Positions 24,034 through 34,219 of a DNA stretch of 64,000 nt are shown piece by piece. The position numbers and the translations under genes are program-made. The DNA is from a virus. Its lineage: Duplodnaviria > Caudoviricetes. Below the pieces are notes generated by a model. The model was given only the letters and a program-made list of their open reading frames with translations. It did no database searches and had not been told where the DNA came from. The DNA lies in IMG/VR virus record IMGVR_UViG_3300010347_000503, positions 26,894 to 90,893 of that record; one strand, 5' to 3'. The number at the start of each line of letters is the position of its first letter. Position 1 is the first letter of the stretch.

Positions 24034-26374
24034 TACAATGGAATTAACTCAAGAGTTAGGTCAGAACTTTCTTGACTTTTCATATGAAGCAAATAGTCAG
24101 AGAGCATTTGCTGATGCTAGAGATGGTCTTAAACCTGGTCAAAGAGCTTGTATTTGGGAAATGTATAATGAAGGATATAGTAGCAATAAGCCCCACGTAA
24201 AAGCAGCAAAAATTGCAGGCGGTATTATTGCTAACTGGTGGCCTCATAGTAATGATGCAATTTATGATACATTCGCAAGAATGTCTCAAACTTGGATTAA
24301 CAATATTCCAGAAGTAGATTGGCACGGCGCAAATGGTTCTATTCAAATTAGTGGTGAGCCGGCTGCTATGCGTTATACCGAAGCCCGCCTAGCAAAAGTA
24401 ATAGAAGAAGGAATGTTAAATAACATTAAGAAAAATAATGTCCCTATGATTCCTAACTTCTCAGAAGATGATGAATGGCCTCAGGTTCTTCCAGCGCTTA
24501 TGCCACGATTAATGATTAATGGATGTCAAGGTATTGGTAGTACAATAGCCAATGTATGGTTGCCGCATAATTTAACAGAACTTGCAGCAATTATTATCAA
24601 ATATCTTGAAACAGGAGAAATAGATTATGATAATATCTTTCCTGATTTCCCTACTGGCGGTATTATCATAAATAAGAAAGATTTAGTTCCAATTTATAAA
24701 ACTGGTAAAGGTAAAGTTATACTGCGCGGGAAGGCTGATATTAAGGGAAAAAGTATCTTCATTACAGAAATACCCTACCAAGTTTATGTAGAACCATTTA
24801 TTGCACAAATTAAAGAGCTTATTCAGAAAGATGAATTGACAGGTATTTCTAATATTTTAAACAAGAGCGATAAGAAAAAACTCTTAATTGAAATTGAATG
24901 TGATGAAGCACCTGCAGGGGTTCTTAATCAGCTTTATAGAAAAACTACATTACAAAAATCTTATTCTGCTAATCAATTTGCTCTTGTAGGAAAGACACCT
25001 AAGTTATTAACTTTAAAAGAGTATCTTGATATTTATATTCAACATAATTATGATTGTATCAAAAGAGAGCATGAATTTGATTTAAATAAAGCAAAAGATA
25101 GGTTAGAAATTGTTGAAGGTCTTATAAAAGCATTAGAAGATATTGATAATATTATTGCTTTAATTAAGAAAAGTGATAGTTCTTCTGATGCAGTTAAAAA
25201 TCTTGTTGCTAAATATCAGTTTACAGAAAGACAAGCGAAAGCTATTGTAGATATGAAACTCGGTAAATTAGCACATCTTGAAAAAGTTGAACTTAATCAA
25301 GAAAGAATTGATTTAACTTCAACAATAGAAAAATGTGAAGAAGTTATTAATAATGTAAGTAAACAAAAAGAAATTTATCTTGAAAGATTTAATTCTTTTG
25401 TGAAGAAGTATGCGGGAGCCCGCCATACTGAACTTACACATATTGATATCAAACCAGAAGAAAAAGAAATAGAAACGGTAGTTCCTGTCGATGTAGTAGT
25501 AGTAACAACTCAATCTGGTCTGATTAAGAAAGTTCCTGTATCTAGTTATAAAGTACAGAGACGTGGCGGGAAGGGCGTTAAATCAGAAGATGATGCAGTT
25601 ATGTCTACTATTAAGACAAACACAGTAGACTATATGATGTTCTTCACCAACACTGGTAAGATGTATCGTACTGTTGTTGATAACATTCCTGATGGAACAA
25701 ATGCAACAAAAGGCGTTCCTATTAATAGTTTAGTACAACTCGATCAGAATGAAAAGGTTATAGCTGTGACTTCACTACACAGAACTACGTTGCCGAAATT
25801 TGCCATTTTTATAACAAGACAGGGAATGTTTAAAAAGACATTTTTGAACGAGTATCTCGGTGCGAAGAGAAATGCGGGAATCGCTGCTATTAAGCTACGT
25901 GAAGGTGATAGCGTCGCGGCAGTAAGTTTCCAGGATGATGAAGAAATGATTATCGTTAGTAAGAATGGTATGAGTATCAGATTCGTAACAAAAGATATTG
26001 GCGCTATTGGTAGATTATCTATTGGTGTAAAAGGCATTAATCTTGCGGAGGATGATGAAGTAGTTGCAGCACTTCCGGTTCATAAAGAAACTGATAAACT
26101 TGCAATCTTTACCGCAAACGGTCTTGGAAAGAAAGTTGAACTTAAAGAGTTTATGATTCAAGGTAGAGGCGGAAAAGGTACAATAGCAAGTAAAGTATCT
26201 GAAACTGGAAATGTAGTAGGTGCGGCGATGGTGTCTGATGAAGATAATATCCTCGTCACCGGAAATAAGACTTCAATCTGTTTCTCCGCAGCAGAAGTAT
26301 CTTCTGGCTCAAAAGCAAGTAATGGTAATATGGTGATTAAAGATAATAGGATTATCTCTATAACAAAGATTTAA
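24020..26374 (+). CDS. gyrA: DNA gyrase subunit A
   Basis: DGLKPGQR, AAMRYTEARL, GyrA-box QRRGGKG, beta-pinwheel repeats. Confidence 0.93.
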   Translation: MTVNNTMELTQELGQNFLDFSYEANSQRAFADARDGLKPGQRACIWEMYNEGYSSNKPHVKAAKIAGGIIANWWPHSNDAIYDTFARMSQTWINNIPEVDWHGANGSIQISGEPAAMRYTEARLAKVIEEGMLNNIKKNNVPMIPNFSEDDEWPQVLPALMPRLMINGCQGIGSTIANVWLPHNLTELAAIIIKYLETGEIDYDNIFPDFPTGGIIINKKDLVPIYKTGKGKVILRGKADIKGKSIFITEIPYQVYVEPFIAQIKELIQKDELTGISNILNKSDKKKLLIEIECDEAPAGVLNQLYRKTTLQKSYSANQFALVGKTPKLLTLKEYLDIYIQHNYDCIKREHEFDLNKAKDRLEIVEGLIKALEDIDNIIALIKKSDSSSDAVKNLVAKYQFTERQAKAIVDMKLGKLAHLEKVELNQERIDLTSTIEKCEEVINNVSKQKEIYLERFNSFVKKYAGARHTELTHIDIKPEEKEIETVVPVDVVVVTTQSGLIKKVPVSSYKVQRRGGKGVKSEDDAVMSTIKTNTVDYMMFFTNTGKMYRTVVDNIPDGTNATKGVPINSLVQLDQNEKVIAVTSLHRTTLPKFAIFITRQGMFKKTFLNEYLGAKRNAGIAAIKLREGDSVAAVSFQDDEEMIIVSKNGMSIRFVTKDIGAIGRLSIGVKGINLAEDDEVVAALPVHKETDKLAIFTANGLGKKVELKEFMIQGRGGKGTIASKVSETGNVVGAAMVSDEDNILVTGNKTSICFSAAEVSSGSKASNGNMVIKDNRIISITKI

Positions 26375-26527
26375 GTGGGAGATGTCAAGCATCTCCCGCT
26401 TGACTTTTATAAAAATTTTTGTTATAATATAATTATGTTGGTCAAACAACAAAAAGTTATATTGCATAATAATTAAATATATTATGTATATTTGGGATCA
26501 TTATAAATAATGGAGGTTATATTTATA

Positions 26528-27187
26528 ATGAATGAGTTTCAAAAATCTTATATTTTAATTTTTACATCTTTATTAAGTATCATTTTACTTGCTTGCTCTC
26601 TGCGTCTGATGAATGACGTTAACGTACTAAACCAAAGAGTTGATAAACTTATAGAATATCAACAATCAACTCAAGTACCTGATGATTCAACACTTGCTGT
26701 GTCAGGTGAAATAACAATCGCAGGACTAGACGAAATAGTAGTAACAGAAGAAGATAAAGTAGTTGAAGAAGAAATAGAAATTAATGATGATCCCACATTA
26801 GCCAAAAGTAGATATGCAGATACTATTGATGGATTAACTAATTATGAAAAAGATTTAATCTGTCGCATTGCTTTCAGAGAAGCGGGAAACCAAAGTGAAG
26901 AAGGAAAACGCGCAGTTATAGAAGTTATATTAAACAGACTGAATAGTGATGTATGGCCCAATACAGTAGAAGGTGTACTAAGTCAATCCCACCAATTTTC
27001 AACATGGCGCGGAAGAGCTAACGTATCAGCAGAGAATGTAGCAAGCATACAACCAATATTAGATAAAGTAGGTACAGAAGAGCCTATATTATCAGAAGAT
27101 TATATATATTTTAATTCTTTATCTAATCCTAAAATGAATAACAGAGTAAAAATTCAAGATCATTGGTTCGGAACGGGGAATAGTTAA
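26528..27187 (+). CDS. SleB/CwlJ-like cell-wall hydrolase with N-terminal anchor
   Basis: CRIAFREAG...AVIEVILNR..QFS..DHWF. Confidence 0.8.
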   Translation: MNEFQKSYILIFTSLLSIILLACSLRLMNDVNVLNQRVDKLIEYQQSTQVPDDSTLAVSGEITIAGLDEIVVTEEDKVVEEEIEINDDPTLAKSRYADTIDGLTNYEKDLICRIAFREAGNQSEEGKRAVIEVILNRLNSDVWPNTVEGVLSQSHQFSTWRGRANVSAENVASIQPILDKVGTEEPILSEDYIYFNSLSNPKMNNRVKIQDHWFGTGNS

Positions 27188-27202
27188 TACTATTCCCCGT
27201 TT

Positions 27203-27231
27203 TTGACATTTATAAAAAATTATGATATAAT
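27203..27231 (+). promoter_or_regulatory. sigmaA-type promoter
   Basis: TTGACA-17-TATAAT with TG extension. Confidence 0.85.
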
Positions 27232-27268
27232 ATATATATGTAAGAAATAAAAAAGAAAGAAGAAAAAC

Positions 27269-29227
27269 ATGGATTATATAGCGCAAAATATAAAAGATTT
27301 AATTTGGAAACTTAATAGATATACAAAAAATTATGATGAAGGCCATCCGCTTATCTCTGACAAAGAATGGGATGAACTTTATTTTGAGTTACAGAAAATG
27401 GAAGAAGAAACTGGTATTATTTATCCAGACTCTCCAACGCAGTCCATTTCCTATACTGTTGTTGATAATCTTAAAAAAGTAGAACATAATCACCCTATGC
27501 TTTCTCTTGCTAAAACAAAAGATATAGAAGAAATCAAGAGTTTTGTCAAGGGACATGACTGGTGTGGTATGTTTAAACTTGATGGATTAACTTGCTCTTT
27601 AACATATGAAGATGGTAAATTAGTAAGGGCAGAAACCCGAGGAAATGGTATTATAGGTGAGGACATTCTTCATAATATTATGGTGATGGAAAGTGTTCCT
27701 AAAGTAATTCCAAATAAAGAAATAACAGTAATAGATGGTGAAGTAATTTGTAAATATCCAGATTTTGAAAAATTTGCAGATGAATATAAACATCCTCGTA
27801 ATTTTGCAAGTGGAAGCATTAGATTACTAGATGCTAAAGAGTCTGCAGCCCGCAATCTTACGTTTGTAGCTTGGGATTTGATTAAAGGGCGGGATGATAT
27901 TGATTTCTTCTTTTGGAGACTTGAAAAACTTGATGAATGGGGTTTTGAAACAGTCCCAAGAGTAGGAGATATGGAAACAGTAGAAGATACCATTGAGGTA
28001 TTGAATGAAATGAATGAATCTCATATCTATCCTATTGATGGTTATGTATTTAGATTTGAAAGTCAAAAATATTATAATAGTTTAGGTAATACAGATCATC
28101 ACTTCAGGGGAGATATGGCTTTCAAATTCTACGATGATGAATATGAAACAGAATTGAAAAACATTAGTTATGATGTCTCAAGAAACGGTATTCTTACTCC
28201 AGTTGCAATATTTGAACCTATTGAAATAGATGGAACTACTGTTAAAAAATGTTCATTATTTAATTTATCTGTTTTAGAAGAAAAATTAGGTAAACCTTAT
28301 GTAGGACAAAAAATTTGGGTAGTAAAAAGAAATCAAATTATTCCATATATTGAACGAGCTGAAAAAAATTGCGGGAGGTTATCATTGGGAATTTGTATGA
28401 ATAATATAGTATATATAAATATACCAACAGAATGCCCTATATGTGGACAAAAATTAATTATAGATACCTCTCCATCAGGGGTAAAGATATTAAAATGTAT
28501 TAATAAAGATTGCAATGGAACATTGTTACATAAGCTAGAGCATTTTTGCTCTAAAAAAGGAATGAATATTTTAGGTCTTGGTGAAAAAACTATTGAATTT
28601 TTAATTCAAAAAAATTGGATTGCTAATTTTTCTGATATTTATAATTTAGAAAAATATAAAATAGAATGGAGTCAAGAACCTGGTTTCGGAGAAAATAGTG
28701 TAAATAAAATATTAGAGTCAATAGAAAAATCTAAAAAATGTACATTAGAATCTTTTATTAGTGCTATTGGGATTAATGGTATTGGATCTACAGTTGCAAA
28801 AGAAATCGTAAAGCATTACCCTACTTGGACAGAGTTTAGGGCGGCAATTGGCAGTAACTGGTATGAAATTGATGGATTTGGTCCAGAAATGAGTAAAGCA
28901 ATTAATAAGTTTGATTACGATGAAGCAGATGAAATTGCAGCGATGTTTACTTTTAAGCAGCCAGAGGTTCAGCCTGAAATTCAACAGGCTGCCGCTATTA
29001 AAGATAAAGTGTTTGTTATCACTGGTAAGTTAACTTCTGGTCAATTTAAAAATAGAGATGCGCTTAAAGCAGATATTGAAGCAAATGGTGGAAAAGTAAC
29101 TGGTTCAGTATCTTCTAAAACTAATTATCTTATTAGTAATGAAGATTCATCTTCCGCAAAGTCGCTTAAAGCAAAAGAACTTGGGGTAACGGTCATTACA
29201 GAAGATGAATATCTGTCAATGAAATAA
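27269..29227 (+). CDS. ligA: NAD-dependent DNA ligase
   Basis: MLSL, KLDG, TRGNG, zinc finger, HhH and BRCT (GGKVTGSVS). Confidence 0.93.
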   Translation: MDYIAQNIKDLIWKLNRYTKNYDEGHPLISDKEWDELYFELQKMEEETGIIYPDSPTQSISYTVVDNLKKVEHNHPMLSLAKTKDIEEIKSFVKGHDWCGMFKLDGLTCSLTYEDGKLVRAETRGNGIIGEDILHNIMVMESVPKVIPNKEITVIDGEVICKYPDFEKFADEYKHPRNFASGSIRLLDAKESAARNLTFVAWDLIKGRDDIDFFFWRLEKLDEWGFETVPRVGDMETVEDTIEVLNEMNESHIYPIDGYVFRFESQKYYNSLGNTDHHFRGDMAFKFYDDEYETELKNISYDVSRNGILTPVAIFEPIEIDGTTVKKCSLFNLSVLEEKLGKPYVGQKIWVVKRNQIIPYIERAEKNCGRLSLGICMNNIVYINIPTECPICGQKLIIDTSPSGVKILKCINKDCNGTLLHKLEHFCSKKGMNILGLGEKTIEFLIQKNWIANFSDIYNLEKYKIEWSQEPGFGENSVNKILESIEKSKKCTLESFISAIGINGIGSTVAKEIVKHYPTWTEFRAAIGSNWYEIDGFGPEMSKAINKFDYDEADEIAAMFTFKQPEVQPEIQQAAAIKDKVFVITGKLTSGQFKNRDALKADIEANGGKVTGSVSSKTNYLISNEDSSSAKSLKAKELGVTVITEDEYLSMK

Positions 29228-29302
29228 TGAAAATTAGCTGAAATCACTTGCAATTTTAGAAAATTTTTGTTATAATAGTATATGTAAGGAGATAGATAAA
29301 AT

Positions 29303-29482
29303 ATGAAAAACAAAGATTTAGAAAAAATTGCAAAGAAAGTTCTGGAGTTGGAACAAGCATGCCGACACGGCGATAACCTACCTGAGAATATGACTAAAAT
29401 GGATATGATTATGAGTTCCTTGGAGCCAGATGATCTGTTCGCTTTAGTGAAACTTTTAGAAGAAACGTCTTGCAATTTATGA
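29303..29482 (+). CDS. small hypothetical protein (59 aa)
   Basis: AAGGAG RBS after a promoter; MKNKDLEKIAKK...TSCNL. Confidence 0.6.
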   Translation: MKNKDLEKIAKKVLELEQACRHGDNLPENMTKMDMIMSSLEPDDLFALVKLLEETSCNL

Positions 29483-29587
29483 AAAATTTTGTTATAATAT
29501 ATATATAAAAGTGAGAGATATAAAAATAACATATCTATCTACTTTATAAATAAAATAAAAAAATAAAATTTTAAGGAGAATTTAAAA

Positions 29588-29887
29588 ATGGGAAAAAGTG
29601 TTAGTGAAAAGAGTTTAGTAGTATTGAATTATCTTAACAGTATCGGTGATGAGAACGTTACAGCAGCAGATATTGCTGAAGCACTTGGTATGGAAAAGAA
29701 ATCTGTAGATGGTATTGTTACATCTGGTTTGATTCGTAACAAGGGACTTGCAGAGAGAATTCCAGCAGAGATTGAACTTGAGGATGGTACTCATAAGACA
29801 GTTAAGTTTATTAAGTCTACTGCGGCTGGTAAGGCTTATGATCATGAGGCAGCTAAGGCAGAGGATGCTGCGGCTTCAGCTGAGTAA
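29588..29887 (+). CDS. winged-helix DNA-binding protein
   Basis: VTAADIAEALGMEKKSVDGIV. Confidence 0.7.
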   Translation: MGKSVSEKSLVVLNYLNSIGDENVTAADIAEALGMEKKSVDGIVTSGLIRNKGLAERIPAEIELEDGTHKTVKFIKSTAAGKAYDHEAAKAEDAAASAE

Positions 29888-29969
29888 TTGAAATTATAAA
29901 TTACTTCTTATGATAAAAATAAAATGGGTGAAGTTTTAAACTTCACCCATTTTCTTTAAGGAGAAACTT

Positions 29970-31067
29970 ATGATAATAAAAATTCTAGGAATAATTTGTA
30001 TAATATGCTCAATAATTTGCATATATAGTTTTTTACATTATACAAAAGAAATAAAAAATATACATAAATTAAATGCTAATATAGATGAACTAAATAAACA
30101 ATCTAAAGAAATACAAAATGATATAGATAATAGGTTGCAACAAGTTGAAAATTTAAAAAATAAATTGTATAATATAAATAAAGAAATAAATGATAAAGTA
30201 TATTATTCAGAACAAAAAATAAATTCTTTAGATAAAACTATTGAAGATAAACAAAAATATCTTGATAATATTCAACAAAATGTAACAAAAACTATTGATT
30301 CACAAAAACAATTATCTCAATCAGCATTTGAAAATTATTGTGAAATTTTAATAAAAAATTATGAAGAAAAAGAAAAAGAATATGAACAAAGTATTCAAAA
30401 ACTTAATGATTCATATTTTAATATACAAAATAATATAAATAAAGATTTAGAACAAAAGAAAGAAGATAATCAAAAATATCTTGAAGAAGAAAAGCAAAAA
30501 ATTGCGGAGGAGCTGTCTAAAGAACGGGAGATCTTAGAAAAAGTTCGTCAAACCCGCGCTGCCGCACTTCAAGCACAATTAAAAGAACAAGAAATTAAAG
30601 AAAAGCTTTCTTTCTATTGTTTAACTATAAAAGATTCTGAATTAGATGATATAAAAGTTCTTGAACGTGTTAAGGAACAGCTTCATGCCCCGCGTATACT
30701 GTCGATGCTAGTATGGCAAACTTACTTTCAGAAACCTATGACAAGTCTTTGTAATAATATTATAGGGACTGGAGTAAAAAGTGGAGTGTATAAAATAACT
30801 AATCAAAAAAATAATATCTGCTATATTGGTCAAGCGACTAATTTATCGGACCGTTGGAAACAACACGCAAAATGTGGATTAGGTATAGATACTCCTGTTG
30901 GAAATAAGTTATATAAAGCTATGAGAGAAGATGGCTTATGGAATTTTTCTTTTGAAGTTTTAGAGTTCTGCACGCCCGCAGAGTTAAATGAAAAAGAAAA
31001 ATATTATATAGAATTATATCAATCAAAAGATTATGGATATAATAGTCAAAATGGAAATTCTAAATAA
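29970..31067 (+). CDS. membrane-anchored coiled-coil protein with C-terminal GIY-YIG domain
   Basis: N-terminal TM; long Q/K/E coiled coil; GVYKITN..CYIGQA..RWKQH. Confidence 0.75.
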   Translation: MIIKILGIICIICSIICIYSFLHYTKEIKNIHKLNANIDELNKQSKEIQNDIDNRLQQVENLKNKLYNINKEINDKVYYSEQKINSLDKTIEDKQKYLDNIQQNVTKTIDSQKQLSQSAFENYCEILIKNYEEKEKEYEQSIQKLNDSYFNIQNNINKDLEQKKEDNQKYLEEEKQKIAEELSKEREILEKVRQTRAAALQAQLKEQEIKEKLSFYCLTIKDSELDDIKVLERVKEQLHAPRILSMLVWQTYFQKPMTSLCNNIIGTGVKSGVYKITNQKNNICYIGQATNLSDRWKQHAKCGLGIDTPVGNKLYKAMREDGLWNFSFEVLEFCTPAELNEKEKYYIELYQSKDYGYNSQNGNSK

Positions 31068-31081
31068 AAGGAGAATATAAA

Positions 31082-31723
31082 ATGGCAAAAGTAGATTATG
31101 AAACTCAAGAAATTGATATTAATGAATTAGCCAATGCTCTTGTTGAAAATGTAAAGGGAGATATTAAAAGTTTCAATGATTTTATTGATCTGGATGCCGC
31201 ATTAAATAGAGAAATTGCGATAGGTGAAATTGAAGATGGTTTAGGCTCTGCGGTTGATGCTTATATCCGTTATTGGAATAAATGTGATGAAAATATTCCT
31301 ATAGAAGATCGTAAACCTATTAAACTTATTATTGACTCTTGTGGTGGATTTTTAACTGATAGTTTTACTATTATTGATGCAATTAAAATGAGTAAAACTC
31401 CTGTTATTGGTATTTGCACAGGTAATGCTTATTCTGGTGGATTTTTTATTTTTATTTCTTGTAATAAGAGAATTGCATATCCACATTCTTCTTATTTGTT
31501 CCATGAAGGAGCTACTTCTAATGGAGGTACAGCCGGACAGTTTGCTAATTATGCTGCTTTTTATAAAAAACAATTAAATCAATTAAAAGATATTGTTATT
31601 GAAAATACAAATATCACAGAAGAAGAATATAAAGATATTAAGAAAGATGATGTTTGGTATGATGCAAAAGAAGCTATTGAAAAAGGTATTGTTGATGAAA
31701 TTGCGGAGGAATTTATAGTATGA
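31082..31723 (+). CDS. ClpP-like protease
   Basis: IDSCGG, AYSGG, FHEG. Confidence 0.75.
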   Translation: MAKVDYETQEIDINELANALVENVKGDIKSFNDFIDLDAALNREIAIGEIEDGLGSAVDAYIRYWNKCDENIPIEDRKPIKLIIDSCGGFLTDSFTIIDAIKMSKTPVIGICTGNAYSGGFFIFISCNKRIAYPHSSYLFHEGATSNGGTAGQFANYAAFYKKQLNQLKDIVIENTNITEEEYKDIKKDDVWYDAKEAIEKGIVDEIAEEFIV

Positions 31724-31768
31724 GGTCTTCAATAAATATAACGATAAATAAATTATTAGGAAAAGAAG

Positions 31769-32593
31769 GTGATTAAAATAGTTTTTACAAATACTTGGAC
31801 AGGTAATTGGGAAAATGCTTTCAGGGGATTAAGACATCCCCTAGAAAGTTATGCTAAATCTGATAGTGAATTTGGTATTGCAGATAATGATATTTGGATG
31901 GATGAGGTTGCTAATGATGTTGTATATTCATATATTAATAATTGGAAAGATGAAAGAATTGATCCAAATGAAGAAGAAATAAGAGAATGGTTATTTGATA
32001 ATGGAGGATATATTCGCGGAAGTGGGAAACAAGCTGGTGAATATGTTTTCATTGGTGCTAATGATCTTGATCTTGCACAGCGCATGATTAAGGCGGGGAA
32101 TCCTAATGATAAGTTTCTACGACAAATTTTTGTTAGTGTAGATATAACTGCTCCACTCTATTGGTGGAAAGAAATGGATACTTATAAAGTAGCAACTGTA
32201 GCTAATTCTACATCTACAATGCACAAATTAGCATCAACGCCAATTACAAAAGATTGCTTTGAAATGGACGATTATAATGGTTCACTTAAAGTGTATGATA
32301 GAGAGCCGTTCAATATTGATGATTATGTAGATGATATATGGGATAATATTATTGACTATTGTGAAACTCTTCGTAAAAGATACCTTGAAACAAAAAACAT
32401 AAAATATTGGAAAGAACTTATTCGTATTCTTCCTGAGTCTTGGCTACAAACACGTACATTTACTTGCAATTATGCTGTGCTTAGACAGATTTATCATTGG
32501 CGTAAGTCGCATAAACTGACCGAGTGGTGGTCTTTCTGTGACTGGATAAGATCTCTCCCATATGCTGAACAATTAATTACATTTGAAAATTAA
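31769..32593 (+). CDS. ThyX-like (Thy1 family) protein
   Basis: FLRQIFVSVDITAPLYWWKEMDTY..STSTMHKL; LPESWLQTR. Confidence 0.65.
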   Translation: MIKIVFTNTWTGNWENAFRGLRHPLESYAKSDSEFGIADNDIWMDEVANDVVYSYINNWKDERIDPNEEEIREWLFDNGGYIRGSGKQAGEYVFIGANDLDLAQRMIKAGNPNDKFLRQIFVSVDITAPLYWWKEMDTYKVATVANSTSTMHKLASTPITKDCFEMDDYNGSLKVYDREPFNIDDYVDDIWDNIIDYCETLRKRYLETKNIKYWKELIRILPESWLQTRTFTCNYAVLRQIYHWRKSHKLTEWWSFCDWIRSLPYAEQLITFEN

Positions 32594-32644
32594 TAAAAAT
32601 TATGATATAATAATTATATATTAAAGGAAATGGAGAATTAAAAA

Positions 32645-33007
32645 ATGTCAAAGAAAGAAACTTTTATTAATGAAGTATTAGTGTTGGCGGGAGATGCTCC
32701 AGAAAAGGTATTCTCTCAGGATGCTCTTGATTTTTGGAATGGACTTCAAGTAAGTGGAGATAAGGAAAAACCAAAATTTACAGAGAATGGTAAATTGGTT
32801 TTAAATTATATGAAAGAACATAAAGATCAGTATAATAATCTTTTTAAAGCAAAAGATATTGGTGAAGGTCTTGGTATCTCTTCAAGAACAGCATCTGGAG
32901 CAATGCGGAAGTTGGTAACAGATGGCTATGTAGAAAAAGTAGGAACTGATCCTATTGTTTATGCAATCACGTCAACGGGGATTGAGACTGATACTTCTGC
33001 AGAATAA
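32645..33007 (+). CDS. winged-helix transcription regulator
   Basis: AKDIGEGLGISSRTASGAMRKLVTDGYVEK. Confidence 0.7.
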   Translation: MSKKETFINEVLVLAGDAPEKVFSQDALDFWNGLQVSGDKEKPKFTENGKLVLNYMKEHKDQYNNLFKAKDIGEGLGISSRTASGAMRKLVTDGYVEKVGTDPIVYAITSTGIETDTSAE

Positions 33008-33093
33008 AGTTGAAAAATTAAAAAAATTTTGATATAATTATTATATAGTCTTTAGAAAAATAAAGATATAAATTTTTAAGGAGAAAAGAAAAA

Positions 33094-34056
33094 ATGAGAA
33101 AAGCATTGAATAAGGTTACATTGAGTGGTAGAGTTTATGATCATAAGTTGGCACTGAAGACGGTACAGGACTCAAGCAAGCAGAGCTATGGTACAGAATT
33201 TATTAATGGTACTATTGATATTGCTACAGATGATGCTTGTTTAAATATTGTTCAGGTACATTTTACTTATGTAACTGAAATGACAAAGCAGGGTAAGAAA
33301 AATGCAACTTATACAGTTTTGAAGAATATTATTGATAATGGTAAGACTGTTATTGCTGATGGTAAGGATGTAGCACTTTGTGTTAAGGTTGATACAGCAA
33401 TCGGTTTGAATGATTTTTATTCAACTCGTAATGGAGAAGAGACTCTGGTTTCCGCAAAGAGATGCGAGGGTGGTTTTGTATCAACAGTTAAGACCTTGCC
33501 TGAAGAGAAAGATAGAAATAAATTTGAGTGCGATATGTTGATTAATGGCACTCACGTAGTTGAAAAGGACGAAGAGAAAAATATTGCAGAAGATTATCTT
33601 GTAGTTAAAGGCGCAGTATTTGACTTTAGAGGTGCAATTCTTCCGGTTGAGTTTGTAGTTAAGAGCAAGGGTGGAATTAATTATTTTGAATCTCTTGATG
33701 CATCTCCAAAAAATATGACATTCACTAAAGTTTGGGGTTCCATTAATTGCACAACCATTGTTACTAAGAAAGAAGAGGAATCTGCATTCGGTGAAGCTAT
33801 GGTAACAGAGTACACCAATACCAAGAGAGAGTGGATTGTAACAGGTACTTCTAAGCCGGATTCAACATATGAGATTGGCGATGAAAAGAATGGTATTACT
33901 GAAGATGAAATTAAGAAAGCTCTTGCTGATAGAGAAGTTAAATTGGCAGAAGTAAAGAAGAATCAGGAAGAGTGGCAGACAAAGAAAAATGCGGGAGATG
34001 AGGTTCCTTTTGGAAACACAAAGGCTCCTGCTGCGGATGGCGGATTTAACTTTTAA
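33094..34056 (+). CDS. putative ssDNA-binding protein
   Basis: Beta-rich body, acidic/aromatic tail DGGFNF, replication context. Confidence 0.55.
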   Translation: MRKALNKVTLSGRVYDHKLALKTVQDSSKQSYGTEFINGTIDIATDDACLNIVQVHFTYVTEMTKQGKKNATYTVLKNIIDNGKTVIADGKDVALCVKVDTAIGLNDFYSTRNGEETLVSAKRCEGGFVSTVKTLPEEKDRNKFECDMLINGTHVVEKDEEKNIAEDYLVVKGAVFDFRGAILPVEFVVKSKGGINYFESLDASPKNMTFTKVWGSINCTTIVTKKEEESAFGEAMVTEYTNTKREWIVTGTSKPDSTYEIGDEKNGITEDEIKKALADREVKLAEVKKNQEEWQTKKNAGDEVPFGNTKAPAADGGFNF

Positions 34057-34219
34057 TCAAAGAATAAAAATAAAGGGGAGTAAAATTACTCCCCAATATT
34101 TTTAATCTATTTTTATGAACAATTCTTTTAATATAAAGAGAAATTAATTGCTGGGCGGTCAATGATCGTGTCCCAAAATCAAAAAGTTGTTTTGAATTTT
34201 TTTAAAGGAGATTTTTAAA

